From: Rhodobacter capsulatus SB 1003
Lineage (GTDB): Bacteria > Pseudomonadota > Alphaproteobacteria > Rhodobacterales > Rhodobacteraceae
Direction: 5' to 3'
NCBI RefSeq assembly: GCF_000021865.1
Contig: NC_014034.1
Span: 810,001 to 842,000 of the forward strand
DNA length: 32,000 nt
Under the pieces are notes generated by a model. It ran no database searches. It had not been told where the DNA came from and saw nothing but the letters and a program-made list of their open reading frames with translations. Shown piece after piece: positions 25,912-32,000 of this stretch (positions are counted from its first letter, which is position 1; the number at the start of each line of letters is the position of its first letter). The position numbers were made by a program, and so were the translations under genes.

Positions 25912-26438
25912 GGCCGCGTCTGGTCGTCTTTGCCTGGGGCAACGAAAGCCGCGGCGATGATGCGCTGGGGCCGCGGCTGGCCGCGCGCATCGCCCAGGCG
26001 GGCTGGAGCCACATCACCCTGATCGAGGATGTGCAGCTGCAGGTCGAACATGCGCTGGATCTGGTCGGTCAGGATCTGGCGCTGTTCATCGATGCGGGGA
26101 TGGGCACGCCCGCGCCCTTTGCCTTCGTGCAGGCGGTGCCGCGCCGGTTTCTCGGGCCCTCGACCAGCCTTGGCATCGGTCCCGAGGGGGTTCTGGAAGC
26201 CTATCGCCAGGTCATGCATGACGAGCCGCCGCCCGCCTTCGTGCTGTGCCTGCGCGGCGAAAGCTTCGCGCTGGAAGAGGGTCTCAGCGCCGCGGCCCGG
26301 GCGCATCTGGCGCAGGCCTGGGGCTTTCTGATCCCGCTCCTCTCCTGGCCCGGGATCGACCGCTGGCAGGCGGCGCTGACCGGCCCGGCCGAGGATCTGT
26401 TCCCCGCCAGCGACGATCGCCGCTCTGCCGCCGAGTGA
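25893..26438 (+). CDS. Hydrogenase maturation endopeptidase family protein (HoxW/HybD/HupD-like)
   Basis: Track ORF of 181 aa. The N-terminus LVVFAWGNESRGDDALGP carries the family GNxxxxDDxxG motif, and LALFIDAG matches the second metal-ligand strand. The ATG overlaps the end of the preceding large-subunit gene by 19 nt. Confidence 0.7.
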   Translation: MLRSILGPRLVVFAWGNESRGDDALGPRLAARIAQAGWSHITLIEDVQLQVEHALDLVGQDLALFIDAGMGTPAPFAFVQAVPRRFLGPSTSLGIGPEGVLEAYRQVMHDEPPPAFVLCLRGESFALEEGLSAAARAHLAQAWGFLIPLLSWPGIDRWQAALTGPAEDLFPASDDRRSAAE

Positions 26439-26511
26439 CCCCGCAGGGCCGGGCCCCTTGCGCCGGGCTTCGGGCCCGATATGCTGGGGCAGCCCCCACC
26501 GGAGCCGCGCC

Positions 26512-27882
26512 ATGCCCCGACTGCCAGTCAAGGACAGTCCGCCCCGTTTCGATCCGGCCCCTTTGGCCGGTCTGCTGCCCGGTCACGCGGCGGGCGATGC
26601 GGTCTGGGTCGATGTGCTCTCGGCCGTCGATCGCACCTATGCGGAACTTGTCGATTATCAGGAACGGCTGGAGCGGCAGAACCACGAACTCGAAGACCTG
26701 CGCTCTTATCTCGGTTCGATCTTCGCCTCGGTTTCGGATGCGCTGATCGTCGTCTCGCGCGCGGGGGAGGTGCTGGGCACTTCGGCCTCGGTCGAGGCGC
26801 TGACCGGGCAGGGGGCGGGGGTCTGGCAGGGGCGGCCCTTGGCGGCGCTGTTCGATCCGGCCTCGGGGCCGCGGCTTGATCGCGTGCTGGCCGAGGCGGC
26901 GAACCGCCGTGCCCCGGTCACGGTCGAGGCGGCCCTGCTGGGTCCGGGCGGTCCGGCGCCGCTGGAACTTTCGGTCAGCCCGCGGCTGGACGAGCGGGAT
27001 CGCCTCATCGGCTATGTGCTGACCGGCCGCCCGCTGGGGGAATTGCGTCAGGCCTATTCCGAGCTGGAACGCTCGCATGCGGCGCTGATCGCGGCACAGG
27101 CGCAGCTGGTGCGCAACGAAAAGCTGGCTTCGCTGGGCCGTCTGCTCGCGGGCGTCGCGCATGAGCTGAACAACCCGATTTCCTTCGTTTACGCCAATGC
27201 CCATGCGATGGAGCGCTACGCCGCGAAATTCGAGACCTATTTCGCCGCGGTGCAGGCGGGCGCGACGCGCGAGGAGCTGGTGGCCCTGCGCGAGAGCCTG
27301 AAACTGGAACGCGAGGTCGGCAATCTGCGCACCGCGATCGACGGCGCCCGCGACGGGGCCGAGCGGGTCCGCGCCATCGTCGAGGATCTGCGGCGGCTCT
27401 CCTCGGACGGCACCGGCGAGCAGGTGGTCTTCGATCTGGTCGCCACCGCCGGGGTGGCGGCCGATTGGGTGCGGCGCGGCTCGAAAACCGCGGTGGCGGT
27501 CGATTTCACCGGCCTTGCCGCGCTCGAGGTGATCGGGCGGCCCGGCCATATCCAGCAGGTGGTGATGAATCTGGTGCAGAACGCGCTCGATGCGATGGGC
27601 GATTTTCAGGACGGCCGCATCCGCATCGAGGCCCGGATCGCGGCCGGGCGGGGCGAGCTGGTCGTGTCCGACACCGGCCCGGGCGTGGCCGAAGACGTGG
27701 CGCCGACGATTTTCGACCCGTTCTTCACCACCAAGGATGTCGGCAAGGGCACCGGGCTGGGCCTCTCGATCAGCGCCAAGATCGTCGAGGAACATGGCGG
27801 GCGGCTGCGGCTTTTGCCCGAAAGCCCGCTGGGCGGCGCCTGTTTTTGCTTCGATCTGGCGCTGGCGGGGGACCCGGCATGA
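26512..27882 (+). CDS. hupT: Histidine kinase HupT (H2-sensing signal transduction, partner of HupUV)
   Basis: Internal ATG at 26512 of track ORF 26458..27882, with GGAG at 26501-26504, giving 456 aa. It has a PAS-like N-terminal region, an H-box (LASLGRLLAGVAHELNNPISF), an N-box (VVMNLVQNALDA) and G-boxes (DTGPGV, GTGLGLSIS). It is followed by hupU and hupV with overlapping stop and start codons. Confidence 0.9.
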   Translation: MPRLPVKDSPPRFDPAPLAGLLPGHAAGDAVWVDVLSAVDRTYAELVDYQERLERQNHELEDLRSYLGSIFASVSDALIVVSRAGEVLGTSASVEALTGQGAGVWQGRPLAALFDPASGPRLDRVLAEAANRRAPVTVEAALLGPGGPAPLELSVSPRLDERDRLIGYVLTGRPLGELRQAYSELERSHAALIAAQAQLVRNEKLASLGRLLAGVAHELNNPISFVYANAHAMERYAAKFETYFAAVQAGATREELVALRESLKLEREVGNLRTAIDGARDGAERVRAIVEDLRRLSSDGTGEQVVFDLVATAGVAADWVRRGSKTAVAVDFTGLAALEVIGRPGHIQQVVMNLVQNALDAMGDFQDGRIRIEARIAAGRGELVVSDTGPGVAEDVAPTIFDPFFTTKDVGKGTGLGLSISAKIVEEHGGRLRLLPESPLGGACFCFDLALAGDPA

Positions 27883-28877
27883 AGGTTCTGTGGTTGCAGG
27901 CCTCGGGCTGCGGCGGCTGCACGATGTCGGCGCTTTGCGCCGAGGCCCCCGATCTGATCGACACCCTGGCCACGGCGGGGGTGGAATTCCTGTGGCATCC
28001 GGCGCTCAGCCTCGCCACGGGCGGAGAGGTGCGGCAGCTTTTGCAGGCTCTGGAAGCGGGCGAGATCGCGCTCGACTGTCTGGCCGTCGAGGGGGCGATC
28101 GCCCGCGGGCCGATGGGCACGGGGCGGTTTCAGATGCTTTCGGGCACCGGGCGGTCGATGCTTGACTGGGTGCGGGCGCTGGCGCCGCTGGCCGGGCATG
28201 TCGTCGCGGTGGGCTCTTGCGCCGCTTATGGCGGCGTGACCTCGGCCGGGGGGAACCCGTCGGATGCGGTCGGGCTGGCCTTTGAGGGCGCGCATCCGGG
28301 GGGCGTGCTGGCGGCCGAGTTCCGCGCCCGCTCGGGCCTGCCGGTGGTGAATATCGCGGGCTGCCCGACCCATCCGGGCTGGGTGACCGAGACGCTGATG
28401 CTGCTGGCGCGCGGGCACCTGGCCGCGGCGGATCTGGATGCGCTGGGCAGACCGCTGTTTTATGCACAACATCTGGTGCATCATGGTTGCCCGCGCAACG
28501 AATTCTATGAATACAAGGCCTCGGCGCTGCAGCTGTCGGATCTGGGCTGCATGATGGAACATCTGGGCTGCGTCGGCACGCAAGCCGTGGGCGATTGCAA
28601 CATCCGCCCCTGGAACGGCGAGGGTTCCTGCACCCGGGGCGGCTATCCCTGCATCGCCTGCACCGCGCCGGAGTTCGAGGAACCCCGCCACCCCTTCACC
28701 GAAACGCCGAAGGTCGCGGGGATTCCGGTGGGCCTGCCCGCCGACATGCCGAAGGCCTGGTTCATGGCGCTGGCCTCGCTGTCCAAGGCCGCCACGCCCG
28801 AGCGGATCGCGAAGAACGCCGTGGCCCCGCGCCTGACCGTGCCGCCGACGATCCGCAAGCCCGGGGGGCGGCGATGA
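27879..28877 (+). CDS. hupU: Regulatory (H2-sensor) [NiFe]-hydrogenase small subunit
   Basis: ATG 27879 overlaps the hupT TGA (ATGA). The product starts MKVLWLQASGCGGCTMS with no twin-arginine signal peptide. It contains small-subunit Fe-S Cys motifs (GSCAAYGG, GCPTHP, HHGCPR, GCVGTQAVGDC, GYPCIAC). Confidence 0.9.
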   Translation: MKVLWLQASGCGGCTMSALCAEAPDLIDTLATAGVEFLWHPALSLATGGEVRQLLQALEAGEIALDCLAVEGAIARGPMGTGRFQMLSGTGRSMLDWVRALAPLAGHVVAVGSCAAYGGVTSAGGNPSDAVGLAFEGAHPGGVLAAEFRARSGLPVVNIAGCPTHPGWVTETLMLLARGHLAAADLDALGRPLFYAQHLVHHGCPRNEFYEYKASALQLSDLGCMMEHLGCVGTQAVGDCNIRPWNGEGSCTRGGYPCIACTAPEFEEPRHPFTETPKVAGIPVGLPADMPKAWFMALASLSKAATPERIAKNAVAPRLTVPPTIRKPGGRR

Positions 28878-30304
28878 GCGACACGCCGCGGCTGGTCGTC
28901 GGCCCGTTCAACCGGGTCGAGGGCGATCTGGAAGTGCATCTGGATCTGGCCGGGGGGCGGGTGGCCGCGGCCCGGGTCAACAGCCCGCTCTACCGCGGGT
29001 TCGAGCGCATGCTGGAGGGCCGCGCCCCCAGCGATGCGCTGACGCTGACGCCGCGGATCTGCGGCATCTGCTCGATCTCGCAATCGGCCGCCGCGGCGCG
29101 GGCGCTGGGCGCGGCGATGGGGCTTGCGCCAACCGATCAGGGCGCGTGGCTCGCCGCGCTCATTCATGCGGTCGAAAATGTCTCCGACCATCTGGTGCAT
29201 TTCAACCTCTTCTTCATGCCCGATTTCACCCGGCCCTGTTACGCCGCCCGGCCGTGGTATCCGCGCGCGGTGGCGCGCTTTGCCGCGATCGAGGGGCAGG
29301 CGGGCCGGGCGGCGATTGCGGCGCGTTCGGGGCTGATGCACATTCTGGGGCTGATGGCGGGGAAATGGCCGCATACCCTGGCGCTGCAACCGGGTGGCGT
29401 CACCCGCACGCCGGGGCCGCGCGACATCCTGCGCATTCAGACCGAGCTGCGGATGTTTCGCAAGCATCTGGAAACGCAGGTTTTCGGCGGGCGGCTTGAA
29501 GATTTCGTCGTGCTTGCCTCGGTCGCCGATCTGCTGCGCTGGGATCGTGGCGATGCCGGGCTGTTTGTGGAAATCGCCGCCGATCTGGACCTGGACCGGC
29601 TTGGCCGCGGCGCCGGGCGCTATCTGAGTTTCGGCGCCTATCCGCTGGCCGAGGGGCATGGTTTCGCGCCGGGGCTCTGGCAGGCGGGGGCGGTCACGGC
29701 GCCGGACATGGCGGCGATTGCCGAGGATCTCAGCCATGCCTGGATGCTGGGCGGCACGGCGCATCCCTTTGACGGCGTCACCCGCCCCGACGAGACGATG
29801 CGCGAGGGCGCCTACAGCTGGTGCAAGGCGCCGCGGCTGGGCGGGCAGCCGGTCGAGGTGGGGGCGCTGGCGCGGCAGCTGATCGACGGCCATCCGCTGG
29901 CGGTGGATCTGGCGGGGGGCGGCGTGCTGGCGCGGGTCGCCGGGCGGCTGCTGGAACTGGCGCGGACGCAGCTGCTGATGGAGACCTGGGCGGCGGCGCT
30001 CGACCCCGGGGCGGTCTTCATGGTGCAGGGCCGGATGCCCGAGACGGGCGCGGGCGCGGGGCTCGTCGAAGCCGCGCGGGGAAGCCTGGGCCATTGGCTG
30101 CGCATCGAGGGCGGCAAGATCGCCTCCTATCAGATCATCGCGCCGACGACCTGGAACTTTTCCCCCCGCGACAGCGCGGGCGTGCCGGGGCCGCTGGAGG
30201 CGGCGCTGGTCGGCGCCCCGGTTGCGCCCGGCGAGGACAGTCCGGTTGCGGTGCAGCATGTCGTGCGCAGTTTCGATCCCTGCATGGTCTGCACCGTGCA
30301 TTGA
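28874..30304 (+). CDS. hupV: Regulatory (H2-sensor) [NiFe]-hydrogenase large subunit
   Basis: ATG 28874 overlaps the hupU TGA (ATGA). Motifs present are NRVEGDLEV, RICGICSISQ and ARGSLGHW. The protein ends exactly at DPCMVCTVH-stop, with no C-terminal extension, as is typical of sensor hydrogenases. Confidence 0.9.
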   Translation: MSDTPRLVVGPFNRVEGDLEVHLDLAGGRVAAARVNSPLYRGFERMLEGRAPSDALTLTPRICGICSISQSAAAARALGAAMGLAPTDQGAWLAALIHAVENVSDHLVHFNLFFMPDFTRPCYAARPWYPRAVARFAAIEGQAGRAAIAARSGLMHILGLMAGKWPHTLALQPGGVTRTPGPRDILRIQTELRMFRKHLETQVFGGRLEDFVVLASVADLLRWDRGDAGLFVEIAADLDLDRLGRGAGRYLSFGAYPLAEGHGFAPGLWQAGAVTAPDMAAIAEDLSHAWMLGGTAHPFDGVTRPDETMREGAYSWCKAPRLGGQPVEVGALARQLIDGHPLAVDLAGGGVLARVAGRLLELARTQLLMETWAAALDPGAVFMVQGRMPETGAGAGLVEAARGSLGHWLRIEGGKIASYQIIAPTTWNFSPRDSAGVPGPLEAALVGAPVAPGEDSPVAVQHVVRSFDPCMVCTVH

Positions 30305-30310
30305 GCGCGG

Positions 30311-30359
30311 TGGGGGCGCTGCCCCCACACCCCCGGGATATTTGAGGCAAGATGAAATG
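30311..30359 (+). repeat. REP-like intergenic element, copy D, between hupV and hypF
   Basis: TGGGGGCGCTGCCCCCA hairpin followed by CACCCCCGGGATATTTGAGGCAAGATGAAATG. It matches the first and third modules of copies B and C. Its 3-prime end includes the hypF RBS-like GAGG and the ATG. Confidence 0.6.
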
Positions 30360-32000
30360 CAGGCTTGGCGGATCAGGGTGCGCGGACAGGTGCAAGGCGT
30401 GGGGTTCCGGCCCTTCGTCTGGCAATTGGCGCGGGCGCGCGGGCTGCGCGGGGTCGTGCTGAACGATGCCGAGGGGGTGCTGATCCGGGTTGCGGGCGAT
30501 CTGGGCGATTTCGCCGCGGCCTTGCGCGATCAGGCGCCGCCCTTGGCGCGGGTCGATGCGGTCGAGGTGACGGCGGCGGTTTGCGACGATCTGCCCGAGG
30601 GGTTTCAGATCGCGGCCTCGGGCGCGGCCGGGGCCGAGACGCGGGTGACGCCCGATGCCGCCACCTGTCCGGACTGTCTGGCGGAGATCCGGGGGGAGGG
30701 GCGGCGGCGCGGCTATGCCTTCACCAACTGCACCCATTGCGGGCCGCGGTTTTCCATCCTGCAAAGCCTGCCCTATGACCGCGCCCGCACGACGATGGCG
30801 CCCTTTGCGATGTGCCCGGCCTGCCGGGCGGAATATGAAGACCCCGCCGACCGGCGCTTTCACGCCCAGCCCATCGCCTGCCCCGATTGCGGGCCGCGGC
30901 TCTGGCTGGAGGCGGGCGGCGCGGAGCTGCCGGGCGATGCGATCGGTCTGGCCGCCGCCCGGCTGAAGGCCGGGGAAATCCTTGCGGTGAAAGGGCTTGG
31001 CGGCTTTCATCTGGCCTGCGATGCGACGAATGCTGACGCCGTCGACTTGCTGCGCGCAAGGAAGCGCCGTCCGGCCAAGCCCTTTGCGTTGATGGCGCGC
31101 GAAGAGGATCTGGCGCGCATCGTCGCGGTCAGCCCCGCGGCCCTGGCCGCGCTGCGCGATCCCGCGGCGCCGATCGTCCTGATGCCCGCGCGCGGCAGCC
31201 TGCCCGAAACCCTTGCCCCCGGCATGGCCGAGCTGGGCGTGATGCTGCCCTATACGCCGCTGCATCACCTGCTGCTGGATGCCTTTGGCGGCGTGCTGGT
31301 GATGACCTCCGGGAACCTCTCGGGTGCGCCGCAGGTGATCGGCAACGATGAGGCGCGCGAAAAACTGTCGGCCTTTGCCGATGCCTTCCTGATGCATGAC
31401 CGCGCCATCGCCCGGCGGCTGGATGACTCGGTCGTTCGCGTCGATCCGCCGATGGTGCTGCGCCGTGCCCGCGGGCAGGTGCCCGGCACCCTGCCGCTGC
31501 CGCCGGGGTTTGAGACTGCGCCGCAGATCGTGGCCTATGGCGGGCAGATGAAGGCGGCGCTGTGCCTGATCAAGACCGGCCAGGCGCTTTTGGGCCATCA
31601 CCTGGGCGAGTTGGACGAGGCCCTGACCTGGGAGGCGTTCCTGCAGGCCGACGCCGATTATGCGGCGCTGTTCGATCATCGCCCGCAGGCGGTGGCGGTC
31701 GATCTGCACCCCGATTTCCGCGCCTCGCGCCACGGTGCCGCCCGGGCCGGGCGGCTTGGCGTGCCGCTGATCGCCGTGCAGCACCATCACGCCCATCTGG
31801 CCGCCTGTCTGGGCGAGAACCTTTGGCCCAAGGACGGCGGCAAGGTGGCGGTGATCGTGCTCGATGGGCTTGGCCTTGGCCCCGACGGCACGGTCTGGGG
31901 GGGCGAGCTGCTGCTGGGCGATTACAAGGGCTTCGAGCGGGTGGCCTGGCTGAAACCCGCGCCCCTGATCGGCGGCGACCGGGCGCAGATCGAGCCCTGG
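30357..32000 (+). CDS. hypF: [NiFe]-hydrogenase maturation carbamoyltransferase HypF (5-prime part; continues beyond the window)
   Basis: Manual translation from ATG 30357 gives MQAWRIRVRGQVQGVGFRPFVWQLARARGLRGVVLNDAEGVLIRVAG (acylphosphatase domain). It continues with two zinc-finger units, CPDCLAEI...NCTHCGPRFSI and CPACRAEYEDPADRRFHAQPIACPDCGPRLW. The frame stays open to position 32000, which is why it is absent from the ORF track. Confidence 0.9.
   Translation, partial: MQAWRIRVRGQVQGVGFRPFVWQLARARGLRGVVLNDAEGVLIRVAGDLGDFAAALRDQAPPLARVDAVEVTAAVCDDLPEGFQIAASGAAGAETRVTPDAATCPDCLAEIRGEGRRRGYAFTNCTHCGPRFSILQSLPYDRARTTMAPFAMCPACRAEYEDPADRRFHAQPIACPDCGPRLWLEAGGAELPGDAIGLAAARLKAGEILAVKGLGGFHLACDATNADAVDLLRARKRRPAKPFALMAREEDLARIVAVSPAALAALRDPAAPIVLMPARGSLPETLAPGMAELGVMLPYTPLHHLLLDAFGGVLVMTSGNLSGAPQVIGNDEAREKLSAFADAFLMHDRAIARRLDDSVVRVDPPMVLRRARGQVPGTLPLPPGFETAPQIVAYGGQMKAALCLIKTGQALLGHHLGELDEALTWEAFLQADADYAALFDHRPQAVAVDLHPDFRASRHGAARAGRLGVPLIAVQHHHAHLAACLGENLWPKDGGKVAVIVLDGLGLGPDGTVWGGELLLGDYKGFERVAWLKPAPLIGGDRAQIEPW

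Overview
This is a strongly GC-rich alphaproteobacterial chromosomal window. No rRNA, tRNA, CRISPR array, transposase or phage genes were seen. Gene content and order point, from memory and unverified, to Rhodobacter capsulatus or a close Rhodobacteraceae relative. From left to right the window holds: a partial ArsR-family regulator; the F0 ATP synthase operon atpI-atpB-atpE-atpX-atpF; the PHA cluster phaZ (minus strand) then phaC-phaP-phaR; a LysR regulator; pyrG and secG (minus); purA plus a small membrane protein; a 795-aa acidic Ala/Pro/Glu-rich protein (minus); thiamine pyrophosphokinase; a DMT transporter; two alpha/beta-hydrolase genes; two tandem methyl-accepting chemotaxis protein (MCP) genes (minus); a spacer of about 1.07 kb with no convincing gene; then a co-oriented block running to the right edge. 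That block is a HoxH-type [NiFe]-hydrogenase large-subunit paralog, a hydrogenase endopeptidase, hupT, hupU, hupV and the 5-prime part of hypF. Most of the window is ordinary housekeeping DNA. The most unusual item is the orphan large-subunit/endopeptidase pair at 24400-26438. It has all four Ni-binding cysteines and a cleavable C-terminal tail, but no small-subunit or diaphorase gene anywhere nearby. Several otherwise conserved His positions appear substituted in both proteins. It sits directly in front of the HupTUV H2-sensor genes, behind a repeat-containing non-coding spacer. Secondary observations are: a REP-like GC-hairpin/GGATATTTG repeat family placed just 3-prime of four stop codons; probable PhaR operators inside the phaP promoter; a nucleophile Ser-to-Trp substitution in one hydrolase; and low-complexity or tandem-repeat coding regions. 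The many long antisense ORFs in the track are high-GC shadow ORFs and were not called.
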